A DNA stretch of 64,000 nt from Spirochaetota bacterium (GTDB lineage: Bacteria; Spirochaetota; UBA4802; UBA5550): contig JAJRXZ010000026.1 of assembly GCA_024276015.1 (NCBI GenBank), positions 78,257-142,256 on the forward strand. The letters run 5' to 3'. Shown here one piece after another: positions 29,762-40,168 of this stretch. The first letter of the stretch is position 1, and each line of letters opens with the position of its first letter. The notes below the pieces were generated by a model. It was not told the DNA's origin. It did no database searches and worked only from the letters and a program-made list of their open reading frames with translations. Position numbers and translations under genes: made by a program.

Positions 29762-31063
29762 ATGCGAAAAATATACAGCAGAATTAACGAAATTACAGGA
29801 AATGTTGTTACTGTTAATGCAGACAACATTAAATATGGCGAGCTGGCTGAAATAACTTCTGCTCACGGAAAATCTCTTGCTGAAGTTATCCGGCTTGACG
29901 GGGAAAAAGTTTCACTTCAGGTATTTTCAGGAGGAAGAGGAGTTTCCACCGGTGATGAAGTGAAATTCTTATCCAGACCCATGCAGGTTTCATTCTCTGA
30001 TAACCTTCTGGGAAGGATATTTAACGGCAGAGGCGAACCGAGAGATAACGGCACTCACTTAACAGAGAATATGATCGAGATCGGCGGCCCATCGGTTAAC
30101 CCTTCCAAAAGGATCATTCCGAGAAATATGATCAGGACCGGTATACCCATGATCGATCTTTTTAACACTCTTGTTGAATCGCAGAAACTGCCCATATTCT
30201 CCGTATCCGGCGAGCCTTATAACGAACTTCTTGCTAGAATCGCAATGCAGGCCGAGGTTGATATTATTATTTTGGGCGGATGCGGACTAAAATATGATGA
30301 TTATCTCTTTTTCAGAGAGACTCTTGAAGAGAGCGGATCTCTCAGCCGTTCAATATTTTTTGTCCATACTGCTGCGGACCCCATTGTAGAATGCCTTATG
30401 GTACCGGATATTTCACTTGCTGTTGCAGAAAAATTTGCATTAAAGGGGAAACGGGTTCTTGTGCTTATTACGGATATGACCAACTTCTCCGATGCGATGA
30501 AAGAGATCGCCATCACTATGGAACAGGTTCCTTCCAACAGGGGTTATCCCGGCGACCTCTACTCACAGCTTGCTTCAAGGTATGAGAAGGCAGTCGACTT
30601 TGAAGGAGCCGGTTCAATAACCATTCTTGCAGTTACAACTATGCCTGGTGACGATGTTACCCACCCTGTTCCGGACAACACCGGATATATAACAGAAGGT
30701 CAATTTTATCTGAGAAACGGTCGGATTGAGCCTTTCGGTTCGCTTTCACGTCTTAAGCAGCTTGTTAATGATAAAACCCGTGACGACCACCGCGCATTAA
30801 TGGACGGCATGATAAAACTTTACGCAAATTATAAGGAGACACTTGAAAAGAAAGCAATGGGATTCAGGATGTCCGACTGGGACGACAAACTTCTGAAATA
30901 TGGTGTTCTCTTTGAAGACGAACTTATGGCGCTTTCTGTGAATATCCCGCTTGAAGAGGCTCTTGATAAAGGCTGGGAAATACTTGCAAAGTGTTTTACC
31001 AGAGAAGAGACAGGAATGAGAACAGATTTATTAAACAAATTCTGGCCAAAATCAGAAGGTTAA
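29762..31063 (+). CDS. atpB: V/A-type ATP synthase subunit B
   Basis: 433 aa. Degenerate P-loop region and a [14 protein letters not shown] motif characteristic of regulatory B subunits. Confidence 0.9.
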   Translation: MRKIYSRINEITGNVVTVNADNIKYGELAEITSAHGKSLAEVIRLDGEKVSLQVFSGGRGVSTGDEVKFLSRPMQVSFSDNLLGRIFNGRGEPRDNGTHLTENMIEIGGPSVNPSKRIIPRNMIRTGIPMIDLFNTLVESQKLPIFSVSGEPYNELLARIAMQAEVDIIILGGCGLKYDDYLFFRETLEESGSLSRSIFFVHTAADPIVECLMVPDISLAVAEKFALKGKRVLVLITDMTNFSDAMKEIAITMEQVPSNRGYPGDLYSQLASRYEKAVDFEGAGSITILAVTTMPGDDVTHPVPDNTGYITEGQFYLRNGRIEPFGSLSRLKQLVNDKTRDDHRALMDGMIKLYANYKETLEKKAMGFRMSDWDDKLLKYGVLFEDELMALSVNIPLEEALDKGWEILAKCFTREETGMRTDLLNKFWPKSEG

Positions 31064-31069
31064 AAAACT

Positions 31070-31666
31070 ATGGCAAAAATTAAGTTAACTAAAAACGAGC
31101 TTAAACGCCAAAAAGACAATCTCAAACGTTTCAACCGATATCTCCCGACTCTGATCTTGAAGAAACAGCAGCTTCAAATGGAGATACAGAAGGTGGAGGT
31201 ACTGCACCGGGAAAGGGTTAATGATCTTGAAAAGATCAAAAACAGAGTATCTTCATGGGTTGACGTTTTTGGGGAGGATATAAAAATAGACGATATTGTC
31301 AAAGTGAAAAAGATCATTACTGACGAAGGAAATGTGGCAGGGATTGATATCCCCATATACAAAGGCGTTGAGTTTGAAGAGATCAGCTATGATCTTTTTT
31401 ACATGCCTCTCTGGGTTGATAAAGCTGTAGATGAGATTATCAAAATATATGAAATAATTGCCGAATTAAGAGTTCTTGAAAAGCAGATTGAACTGCTGAA
31501 GGAAGAACTCCGTATCACAACACAGCGCGTTAATCTTTTCGAAAAAGTTAAGATCCCTGAAGCCAGACATAATATCAGAGTCATTCAGATATATCTTGGG
31601 GATCAGCAAACCGCTGCCGTTGTTCGAGGCAAAATATCAAAAAACAAGATCGTACAGGTAAGATAG
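31070..31666 (+). CDS. atpD: V/A-type ATP synthase subunit D
   Basis: 198 aa coiled-coil protein (LKRQKDNLKRFNRYLPTL...). Position after B. Ends in TAG. Confidence 0.8.
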   Translation: MAKIKLTKNELKRQKDNLKRFNRYLPTLILKKQQLQMEIQKVEVLHRERVNDLEKIKNRVSSWVDVFGEDIKIDDIVKVKKIITDEGNVAGIDIPIYKGVEFEEISYDLFYMPLWVDKAVDEIIKIYEIIAELRVLEKQIELLKEELRITTQRVNLFEKVKIPEARHNIRVIQIYLGDQQTAAVVRGKISKNKIVQVR

Positions 31667-31668
31667 AT

Positions 31669-33477
31669 ATGATCGTAAAAATGAAAAAAGTATCGCTGGT
31701 TGTACTGGAATCTGAGAAGGAACGATCTCTTGATAAATTAAGAGATCTCGGAGTAGTACATCTTGAATTCAGTCCGGAGCAGAATGAAAAAATTACCGAA
31801 CTTCATTCTAAAAAAACATTAATTGAACGGGCACTTTCACTTCTGCCGGATACGGAAGAAGAAATAGAGCAGGACGAGACCGGAGACCTGTCACTGGCGC
31901 TTGAAGCTGCTGAAAAGATCGATATAGAAAATCAAAAGCATTTTAATATTACCGATAAAATCCATTATCTCGAAAGAGAAATCGACAAGCTCAGTGTATG
32001 GGGGGATTTTAAACCGGAAGATATTATTGAGCTAAGAGAGAAAGGGGTTAAGGTTAAGCTCTATGAAGTAACTAAAGAACAATTAGAACAATTTCCCGAA
32101 TCCGTTAAGACTTTTGTTATCAGCAGATCAAAGGTTTCTCTGAGAGTTGCAGCTGTATTCCTTGAAGATGTTAAAATCCCATTTGAAGAACATCAACTTC
32201 CTGAAAGGTCTCTGTCAGAACTGGAAAAAGAGTTAGACGAGAAGAAAAAAGAGTTGGAGATCATAGACAAGGATCTTGTAAAACTTGTCAGCAAAAGGAA
32301 TATCCTTGAATCGGGTCTTGAGATCCTTGATGAAATGATCGAATTCGAATCTGCTGTAAACAGCATGTCAGGCGAAGAGAAGATTTCTTATATAACCGGT
32401 TTTGTCCCTGTTAAACTTTCTGACAAATTAAAGGAAGCCGCATCAAAAAACGGATGGGGAATAATGCTTTCAGATCCTTCTGACGATGACCAGGTACCTA
32501 CCCTTGTTGAAAATCCCAAATGGATCAGAGCTATTTCGCCGGTCTTTAATCTTCTGGGCACAATTCCAGGATATAAAGAATTTGACATAAGTTTGTGGTT
32601 CTTAATGTTCTTCAGTATTTTCTGGGGAATGATCATTGGCGATGCAGGATATGGAGCTATATTCTTATTTATTACCATCTTTTTAAGGATAAAATTTAAA
32701 AAAGCTCCTTTCGAGCCATTCCTGTTGCTTTTTATTACCAGTTTCTCAACAATTGCCTGGGGAGGTGTTACAGGCAACTGGTTCGGCGTTGAATCATTAA
32801 CGAAACATGAACTATTTTCATGGATGATAATTCCTTCAATTGCCAGTTTTAAATCTGTTGCTGAAGGGAATGTAGATAAATTGATCATGCATATCTGTTT
32901 TGTAATTGGAGCCGTACATCTAAGTGTTGCGCACTTTATCAATTTTTTCAGGCTTATGCCCTCTTTAAAAGCGTATTCCGAACTTGGATGGCTTTCGGTT
33001 TTATGGGCTCTCTACTTCCTGATCCGCTCACTGGTCTTAAAGTACCCCCCGCACCCCGCAGCTTTATGGATGCTTGGGATCGGTCTTGGCTTTGTGATAA
33101 TCTTTTCCGAACAGGAAGGCAACTTTATCAAAGGAGTAAAAAACGGATTTTCAAATCTTATACTTATTTCTCTCGGAAGTATAGGATTCTTTTCGGATAT
33201 AGTATCTTACGTTCGTCTTTTTGCTGTGGGACTGGCAACAATTGAAGTAGCAAAGAGCTTTAATACTATGGCTGCAGGACTTGGGAACGGCGCAGTTGCA
33301 ATAATCGGCTCTGTTTTTATCCTGTTTTTCGGCCATGGTTTAAATATAATTTTAGGATGCATGTCTCTGATTGTTCATGGCGTAAGATTAAACATGCTGG
33401 AGTTTTCTGGACATCTTGGCATGGAATGGTCAGGTTTTGCATATAAACCATTTAAAAAATTGTTAAATAAAAATTAA
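31669..33477 (+). CDS. atpI: V/A-type ATP synthase subunit I (a-subunit homologue)
   Basis: 602 aa. Hydrophilic N-terminal half, C-terminal half with about 7 TM helices and the conserved Arg-containing helix (VSYVRLFAVGLA). Confidence 0.8.
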   Translation: MIVKMKKVSLVVLESEKERSLDKLRDLGVVHLEFSPEQNEKITELHSKKTLIERALSLLPDTEEEIEQDETGDLSLALEAAEKIDIENQKHFNITDKIHYLEREIDKLSVWGDFKPEDIIELREKGVKVKLYEVTKEQLEQFPESVKTFVISRSKVSLRVAAVFLEDVKIPFEEHQLPERSLSELEKELDEKKKELEIIDKDLVKLVSKRNILESGLEILDEMIEFESAVNSMSGEEKISYITGFVPVKLSDKLKEAASKNGWGIMLSDPSDDDQVPTLVENPKWIRAISPVFNLLGTIPGYKEFDISLWFLMFFSIFWGMIIGDAGYGAIFLFITIFLRIKFKKAPFEPFLLLFITSFSTIAWGGVTGNWFGVESLTKHELFSWMIIPSIASFKSVAEGNVDKLIMHICFVIGAVHLSVAHFINFFRLMPSLKAYSELGWLSVLWALYFLIRSLVLKYPPHPAALWMLGIGLGFVIIFSEQEGNFIKGVKNGFSNLILISLGSIGFFSDIVSYVRLFAVGLATIEVAKSFNTMAAGLGNGAVAIIGSVFILFFGHGLNIILGCMSLIVHGVRLNMLEFSGHLGMEWSGFAYKPFKKLLNKN

Positions 33478-33510
33478 AAAAACATTTGAAAATCTAAGGA
33501 GATAATTGCT

Positions 33511-33942
33511 ATGGAACTTATATCAAAATTTGGTTTCTCAGCTGCATTGGCACTTGCTGCATTCGGTTCTGCATTAGGAACAGGAACTGCCGGAATGGCT
33601 GCAATAGGCGCATGGAAAAAATGTTTTGTACAAAACAGACCGGCACCATTCCTTCTTGTTGCTTTTGTTGGTGCCCCTCTCTCTCAGACAATTTACGGAA
33701 TGATTCTTATGAATGCCATAATTGCAGCAGGGAATACTCCTGATGCTACTAAATTAGCTGTGGGGGTTCTTGGCGGTGCAGCCATCGGTTTATCTGCTCT
33801 TTTTCAGGGTAAAGCCGGTGCAAGCGGGTCAGACGCACTTGCAGAAACCGGTAAAGGTTTCGGTAACTACATTATGGTAGTCGGTGTTATAGAAACCGTT
33901 GCCCTTTTTGTAATGGTATTTTTACTGGGAACACTAAAATAA
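33511..33942 (+). CDS. atpK: V/A-type ATP synthase proteolipid subunit K (c-ring)
   Basis: 143 aa, two hairpins of Gly/Ala-rich TM helices, conserved carboxylate helix (VGVIETVALFVMVF). Confidence 0.8.
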   Translation: MELISKFGFSAALALAAFGSALGTGTAGMAAIGAWKKCFVQNRPAPFLLVAFVGAPLSQTIYGMILMNAIIAAGNTPDATKLAVGVLGGAAIGLSALFQGKAGASGSDALAETGKGFGNYIMVVGVIETVALFVMVFLLGTLK

Positions 33943-33969
33943 TCATAATATAAAATTTTATCTATAAAA

Positions 33970-33996
33970 AAGCCCCCTTAAAGAGGGGCTTTTTTA
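33970..33996 (+). terminator. Rho-independent terminator of the V-ATPase operon
   Basis: aaaaagcccccttaaagaggggcttttttat: a GC stem gcccc/ggggc followed by a T-run. It is also an A-run on the other strand, so it could act bidirectionally. Confidence 0.7.
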
Positions 33997-34071
33997 TATT
34001 TTATTTAAACGAATCTTCCGAAAATATATTATAAACAGAAAATCATTCCACAATTTTTCAGGATTAATACT

Positions 34072-35679
34072 ATGCCGCCTAAAATCAGGATTATTGTTTC
34101 AGGATTAATCGTAACAGTAATTGCAATAATAATCTACATTATATTCAGGATAAATATTATTGAAAAAGATTTTATTAAAGTACTAAATAACAGAACCGCC
34201 CATATAAATAGAATTTACAGAAATTTTAATGAAAAATATACAGATATTAAAGCAAATAAGAATAAACTTAAAGAACTCTTTCAATTAATCAATAAAAAAT
34301 ATCCTGAGATCGCCCTTATCGCAGCAGCAGACATGGATTATACCGTTGAGCTTATCAGCAAAAATAACAGAATCCTCAAATCTGAAAAAATGTATAAAAC
34401 AATAGTTGACGATTTTCTAAATCGAAAGCTGTCAGTGCCTTCAAGTAAAGAGTATATCACAAGGTATTATAATCTGAACGGTAAAAATAATGACTCACAG
34501 AAATTCTATATCATTAATAAAATTATCAACAATAACAGACTTTTTTACCTTTTCCCATACAAACCGAGGAAGCAAATATTAATTAAGGTAACACTGGAAG
34601 TCAGCATGATAATTATTGCAATTATTATAATAACTACGGTAATCTTTATTAAATCAAGTCAAAATTCTATGCCGACGGAAATGCAAAAAAATAAACTAAA
34701 GGGCAGCCATAACTTAGCTGAAAATATCGGCAGAGACTCTTACAATATAGATTTAAAAGGTAGATCGATCCAATCGTCTGAAAAGAAACTATTTCCAAAT
34801 GAAATCCGGTCCGCTTCGGATTCGCTTAATAAACAGGTTTACAGACTATTTAGTGATCTCAACTCTAAATATTTTCCCGAATCCATCTCACTATACCTGA
34901 AAGTAACTGACAACCTTCTATCGAAAAGTTTTGAATATAAGGGTAAATCCTTTATAAAAATCGATTCCTCATCCTTTGACACAATCGATATTGACAACGA
35001 TGCCGGTAAGGAATTATTAAAATCCACTGTTATGATACTTGAAAGAGGGAGTAAATTCATTTTTCCTATAATTCATGAAAATTCATTACTGGGAGTTATA
35101 AGTATTATAAGGGATACCGGTTTTAATGGGAAAGAAATACAGGATATAAAAAATGATCTCATTGGGATATTGAAACAATTAAGTGAATATATAGTAATAA
35201 GCCGCGTTATGATCGATGCTGATACAGGTTTATACAGCAAAGCTTATTTTGATTTAAAATACAATGAGGAAATAGATTCCGCTGTAAAGAATTCCGAGGA
35301 TTTATCAATAATTTTACTGAAACCCTTTAAAAACAATTCAACAATCAATATGGATCAGTATTCATCTATTGCAAAATTAGTAAGCTCAACCCTGTCAAAT
35401 ATTATTAAAAATGACCATTTTGTTAGTATGTATGAAGATTTCTTAGCTATAATTATCCCCGGTTTGAAAAGCAATTACTGCTTGGAACTTGCAGAGAAGA
35501 TATTTAATACACTCTGCAAAATCAAGATCAAAATTGATAATGATAATTATACTTTACTTGATCCATATATAGGTATATCATCAACCGACAGTATAATTGC
35601 CGGCGAGGATCTCTTTAAGGCTGCAAAGAATAATCTCGGTAATTCTCTCAAATCTGACACCGGAAACATATTTTCCTGA
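34072..35679 (+). CDS. Membrane protein with a periplasmic region and a degenerate GGDEF-like C-terminal domain
   Basis: 535 aa. Two TM helices flank an extracytoplasmic segment of about 140 aa. The C-terminus has the GGDEF-domain-like start DADTGLYSKAYFD and the A-site region, with MYEDF in place of GG(D/E)EF. Confidence 0.4.
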   Translation: MPPKIRIIVSGLIVTVIAIIIYIIFRINIIEKDFIKVLNNRTAHINRIYRNFNEKYTDIKANKNKLKELFQLINKKYPEIALIAAADMDYTVELISKNNRILKSEKMYKTIVDDFLNRKLSVPSSKEYITRYYNLNGKNNDSQKFYIINKIINNNRLFYLFPYKPRKQILIKVTLEVSMIIIAIIIITTVIFIKSSQNSMPTEMQKNKLKGSHNLAENIGRDSYNIDLKGRSIQSSEKKLFPNEIRSASDSLNKQVYRLFSDLNSKYFPESISLYLKVTDNLLSKSFEYKGKSFIKIDSSSFDTIDIDNDAGKELLKSTVMILERGSKFIFPIIHENSLLGVISIIRDTGFNGKEIQDIKNDLIGILKQLSEYIVISRVMIDADTGLYSKAYFDLKYNEEIDSAVKNSEDLSIILLKPFKNNSTINMDQYSSIAKLVSSTLSNIIKNDHFVSMYEDFLAIIIPGLKSNYCLELAEKIFNTLCKIKIKIDNDNYTLLDPYIGISSTDSIIAGEDLFKAAKNNLGNSLKSDTGNIFS

Positions 35680-35765
35680 TATTAGGAATTGAAAAATCTT
35701 TTCGGTTTATAACAGAAAAATATTTCCGCCATAAACCGAAATAAAGCGAATTATAGTACTCAATA

Positions 35766-36200
35766 TTACGAAACAATATCAACCAGTTCAATATCAAAAT
35801 TGAGATCTCTTCCTGCAAGAGGGTGGTTAGCGTCCAGTAATACAGTGGTTTCTTTTACTTTATCAACAATCACATTAAAAACATCCCCATTCTGATTTTG
35901 CATTTGAAGCTGCTGTCCTTCTACGGGTGTAAAATCATCCGGGAATTCGCTTTTAGGCAGCTCAATAATGAGTTCTTCCCTTCTCTCTCCATAGGCACTT
36001 GCTGCCGGTATCTTGATGGTTTTCTTTTGGTTAACTTCCATTCCAATAACTCCGTCATTAAAACCCTGGATAACCTGCCCGCTTCCGATAGTAAATTCTA
36101 AAGGATCCCGCTCAATAGATGAGTCAAAAACAGTGCCGTCATCATTAAAAGTTCCTGTATAGTGAACTTTTACCACATTGCCGTTTTCGGCTTTTGCCAT
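35766..36200 (-). CDS. slyD: FKBP-type peptidyl-prolyl cis-trans isomerase (SlyD-like, with insert-in-flap domain)
   Basis: 144 aa. NVVKVHYTGTFNDDGTVFDSS and a C-terminal LAGRDLNFDIELV are canonical for FKBP/SlyD. Confidence 0.7.
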   Translation of the reverse strand: MAKAENGNVVKVHYTGTFNDDGTVFDSSIERDPLEFTIGSGQVIQGFNDGVIGMEVNQKKTIKIPAASAYGERREELIIELPKSEFPDDFTPVEGQQLQMQNQNGDVFNVIVDKVKETTVLLDANHPLAGRDLNFDIELVDIVS

Positions 36201-36417
36201 AAAATTCTCCTTAAATTTTTAATTGAGATATTATATATGCCCTCCGGATTGTGTCAAGAAATTATGAAGGAAAGATATTCCCTTTCCAATCAAAGCATTC
36301 GGCTCTATTTTATAATATAAGGTGTATATTTCGCTTGACAGAATGATCCTTTCAGTTTTGCATAGGGATATTCTGCTTCAGACCCCTAGATGAATAACAA
36401 CACCAAAAGGAGAAAAA

Positions 36418-36783
36418 ATGACTAAAAAAGATACAACCGAATTGAAACTTTTAGGCGAAAAGGCCGATTTCTTTGTGGAAAGAACTTTCAGCAGTCTTAT
36501 TATTGAGATATGCGATCTGATAATAGAAATACTGGAAGAAGCAGGTATTTCTGAACTCACCCTAAAATGTGACAGCTCTGAATGTGCAATAAACGGTACA
36601 AAAGTGATTCTTATGGATAATGATGACGACGAAGATATATTCTTTATGGCACCGGACGATTCGGAATCCTTTCTGCTCAGAGATGAAGATATTGATCTGG
36701 TTTACGGAATATTTCAGCACGTGACATTCTTTGCTGCCTCCTGGGACGGGAACCCCGCTCCGGAAATAAAAATCATCAGCTAA
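36418..36783 (+). CDS. Acidic hypothetical protein
   Basis: 121 aa, contains a run NDDDEDIFFMAPDDSE, no recognised domain. RBS aaaggag upstream. Confidence 0.3.
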   Translation: MTKKDTTELKLLGEKADFFVERTFSSLIIEICDLIIEILEEAGISELTLKCDSSECAINGTKVILMDNDDDEDIFFMAPDDSESFLLRDEDIDLVYGIFQHVTFFAASWDGNPAPEIKIIS

Positions 36784-37324
36784 CGGATGACGAGAATATC
36801 TGTCAAAACATCCGGTCCTTTTTAAATTTTGACGGAATGACAAATCTTATTTTTCTAAAGAGATATTCCGGTTTATTATGTATTGACCAGCATTCATCAA
36901 GAGTAAGAATTCTGTTATTGCATAAATCAACAAGAGTTACAGCAGCTGTATTTTCTTTAACATTATTCTCATTATTTAAATAACCACTCGGAATTATCAT
37001 TTTATATATCCCTCTTACCGAATTCACGGCTTACGAAACATTACTAATGGGCATTGTACAATCACCATAATTGCAATCTATATTAATTGTATTAACTTTG
37101 ACAATAAAAAGCAATATTTTATTGAGAATCGGCTCCGTAATTTACAAGTTTATAATATTAATCACATTTTTACAACTGCAGAAATTAAGTTTGACATTTT
37201 CTTTTCCCATAAATAGCATATCAGTAATGAAAAAATTCACGGACAGTATGAAAAACTCAGGAACTCCCGCCGGGAAATAATGGAAATCGAAAAACCATTC
37301 AGGTTTGAAGATTTAAAGAATTCT

Positions 37325-38053
37325 CTACAGAACATAAACTTCTCTTAATATCTGATAAGATATATTCAGAGCCTTCATCATTCTGTCATCTCCGCCCGAT
37401 TTATCGGGATGGTATTTTCTTGCCAGTTCATGATACTTCTTTTTTATTATTTTGCCGTCAGGTTTAACAATACCGAAAAATTTCAAAGCCCTGTCCAGTT
37501 CTCCCTTCCTGAGAGCATAGACCACAGCTCCCCTCATTAACTTTTTTAATATTTCGCTTTTCCCAAAATTAATATTTTCAGAATTATTATAAAATTCATA
37601 GAGCGGATCGAAGACCAGTTTATTAAGAGTGTCCCCATAATGCTGAATGTGATACCCGCAAAAATTGCTCTTTATCTTTTCAATTTTTTTATTGCAGAAT
37701 CTCCCCTTCTCAGCGTTATAATATGAACAGAATTGTTCAGAGGGCACCGGAATAAGCCTTATTCTCATCGGATCAATGTGAAGATAGTAATTATCCTTCC
37801 CTGCCCTTTGCTTTAATTTATATAACAGATGGAATAAGGAATAGTGCACCTGAAACAGTTTTTCCGTACTGCCCGAAATATTACTATCCTTATAAAATTC
37901 TCTGATCAATTCGATTTCCATAACAGGAGAATTCTGTTTTGCCAGAAAATTGAATATATCATTTAAGTCGAATTTAATAATTTCTATTTTACTTGTTCTC
38001 CAGCGACGCTTCTTTTTCAAAATCTCCCATCCGGTAAAGCCCTTTATGATCAT
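37325..38053 (-). CDS. Protein with a C-terminal DnaJ (J) domain and an N-terminal Cys/His-containing domain of unknown function
   Basis: 242 aa. C-terminal KKYHELARKYHPDKSGGDDRMMKALNISYQIL with an HPD tripeptide. The N-terminal region has CSYY...CNKK...CGYH. The 5' 65 nt overlap the upstream gene, so the true start is probably an internal Met (e.g. 'MEIELI'). Confidence 0.5.
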   Translation of the reverse strand: MIIKGFTGWEILKKKRRWRTSKIEIIKFDLNDIFNFLAKQNSPVMEIELIREFYKDSNISGSTEKLFQVHYSLFHLLYKLKQRAGKDNYYLHIDPMRIRLIPVPSEQFCSYYNAEKGRFCNKKIEKIKSNFCGYHIQHYGDTLNKLVFDPLYEFYNNSENINFGKSEILKKLMRGAVVYALRKGELDRALKFFGIVKPDGKIIKKKYHELARKYHPDKSGGDDRMMKALNISYQILREVYVL

Positions 38054-38672
38054 CCTTAAACCAGTGGGGATAAAATTTCTGAAACTCCTCCATCATCATG
38101 TCAAAGGGGAAATCGTCAAAGTCTCCATAATCATGGACATACTCCATATGCTTTCTGCCGCTTTTATCAAACGGATGAAAGAGTGAATTATTTTTTCCGT
38201 CAAAATCGAGCGGTTTAACTCCGAATCTGTCGCAGAGCGAAATATTAAAAGCAGGAGTTGCCTTTACCCATTTCCCTTCCAGGTATAATTCGGTACATCC
38301 GTGAAAGACAAAAAGATCCGTTTTCATAAGATTCTTTAAATTCTCAGTGGCAAGATGATTTATTACGTTCACAAAATTCAGTCTGGAAGGAATTCCGGCA
38401 GCCCTTGCACAGGCTGTAAGCAGGATCGCCTTTTGAATACAGAACCCTTCCTTTTTGGCAAGCACATTACTTGCTATATAATCCGATTTATTAAAAGTCA
38501 GAATATAGGGATTATATTTGATATCATCCCTGACAGCATAAAATATCTTAATCCCCTTATCCAAATCATTTGCAGCGTCTTTAATGATTTGCGACGTATA
38601 TTCGATAATACTTTCCGAATCGGAATTTATATAATATGTAGCCTCTGTGTATTTTTTATCCATAGGAATCAC
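37989..38672 (-). CDS. Transglutaminase-like cysteine-protease-fold protein
   Basis: 227 aa. GFCIQKAILLTACARAAGIPSR (Cys nucleophile region), followed by His and Asp residues spaced as in the transglutaminase-like superfamily. Confidence 0.55.
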   Translation of the reverse strand: MIPMDKKYTEATYYINSDSESIIEYTSQIIKDAANDLDKGIKIFYAVRDDIKYNPYILTFNKSDYIASNVLAKKEGFCIQKAILLTACARAAGIPSRLNFVNVINHLATENLKNLMKTDLFVFHGCTELYLEGKWVKATPAFNISLCDRFGVKPLDFDGKNNSLFHPFDKSGRKHMEYVHDYGDFDDFPFDMMMEEFQKFYPHWFKDDHKGLYRMGDFEKEASLENK

Positions 38673-38895
38673 TTTTTATTTATTATAAATTGTGTTGACC
38701 ATTAAATATCCGGAACATTACTTAATCAATTATAATATATTTTATATTAAAAAAAGTTGCAACTGTAAAATAAAAAAGATATATTTTTTAATATAATCGG
38801 ATAATACATTAATGAGGCTTGGCAATAATAATAAAAACTAACAAATTGATCGGTCATAAGTAACAATTTTATCTTAATATTCCATATTCTTTATT

Positions 38896-39153
38896 ATGAA
38901 TGAGCCCCCAAGATTTAATATAAAGGAATTTAACTGCTCTTATTGCAGTGAATACTCCAATTATATCCGGTGTCATTACAGATGGGGGGAAGGTTTTTTT
39001 AACGAAAAGCTGAGAGAGATCACCGACATGGAAAGATCTTTAGTCAGAGATCATAACAAGACCAGTATTGATGTGCTTTCAACTGCAATGTGTATGAAAT
39101 GCAAAAAAGCCTCTGTCTGGCACAACGGCAAAAAAATCTTTCCTTTAAAGTGA
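38896..39153 (+). CDS. Small putative zinc-ribbon protein
   Basis: 85 aa with CSYC...CMKC (two CxxC pairs). Hypothetical. Confidence 0.25.
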   Translation: MNEPPRFNIKEFNCSYCSEYSNYIRCHYRWGEGFFNEKLREITDMERSLVRDHNKTSIDVLSTAMCMKCKKASVWHNGKKIFPLK

Positions 39154-39372
39154 AGTTTCAATCAGCATTATAATGGGGCAGCAAATAAGCTTCTCTGTGC
39201 TGTTGTCTTAATGATCAATAATCAGTTTATTCCATACTATAAGGTAATACCGGAATTAATTTAAAGAATAACAAAAAATAATGAACAAAAGATGCCACAA
39301 AACTTGACAGGAATGTGAAGTAATATTTAATATCATTCTAAGAATATCCATATTTATTACTGAAGTAAAATT

Positions 39373-40164
39373 ATGTATAATTTATATGATCCCGAAGATT
39401 CGCTGATAATTGCCGAAAAAGAATTCACATCAAGATTATTCCTTGGAACCGGGAAGTTCTCTTCCAATAAAACCATGCAGGAAGCAATTGTTTCTTCTGG
39501 TACTGAAATGGTTACGGTTGCTCTCAGGAGAGTTGACCTTGAAAACCCCGGCGACAACCTCCTGAATACAATTCTGGAAAACAAAAAAATCCAATTACTT
39601 CCAAATACTTCCGGCGCCAGAAACGCAGAAGAAGCTGTGAGGCTTTCCAGGCTTGCCAGAAATATGGGCTGCGGGAACTGGATTAAACTTGAAGTAACAC
39701 CCGATCCCAGGTATCTCCTGCCCGATCCGGTCGAGACTCTAAAAGCGGCTGAGATTCTGGTAAAAGAAGGATTTATAGTTCTGCCCTATATTAATGCAGA
39801 TCCGATTCTTGCAAAAAAATTGGAAGAAACGGGCACGGCAACGGTAATGCCCCTTGGCTCTCCCATCGGATCAAACAGGGGGATCAAAACCGAAGAGAGT
39901 ATAAGAATAATAATCGAGATGAGCGGCATTCCGGTAGTTGTCGATGCGGGACTGGGTACGCCTTCACATGCCGCTCTTGCGATGGAAATGGGATCGGATG
40001 CGGTTCTTGTGAATACTGCCATTGCAACTGCCGCAGATCCTGTTATGATGGCAGAAGCATTCAAAAAAGGTGTTGAAGCAGGACGTAAAGCTTGTCTGGC
40101 AGGAAAAGCTTCTTCAAAAAAGACAGCCGACCCTTCAAGCCCGTTAACAGGTTTTTTGAGATAA
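39373..40164 (+). CDS. thiG: Thiazole synthase
   Basis: 263 aa. [20 protein letters not shown]-terminus and the (beta/alpha)8 motifs ([28 protein letters not shown]) of ThiG. Confidence 0.85.
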   Translation: MYNLYDPEDSLIIAEKEFTSRLFLGTGKFSSNKTMQEAIVSSGTEMVTVALRRVDLENPGDNLLNTILENKKIQLLPNTSGARNAEEAVRLSRLARNMGCGNWIKLEVTPDPRYLLPDPVETLKAAEILVKEGFIVLPYINADPILAKKLEETGTATVMPLGSPIGSNRGIKTEESIRIIIEMSGIPVVVDAGLGTPSHAALAMEMGSDAVLVNTAIATAADPVMMAEAFKKGVEAGRKACLAGKASSKKTADPSSPLTGFLR

Positions 40165-40168
40165 TACA

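Noticed and set aside
39154-39372. Possible TPP (THI-box) riboswitch in the 219-nt leader upstream of thiG-thiH
   Set aside because: I could not find the conserved CUGAGA core or the GGGG...ACCC pairing of the THI element on either strand. Only vague resemblance (ggggcagc, gtaataccgg). An Rfam scan should settle it. Not reported as a feature.
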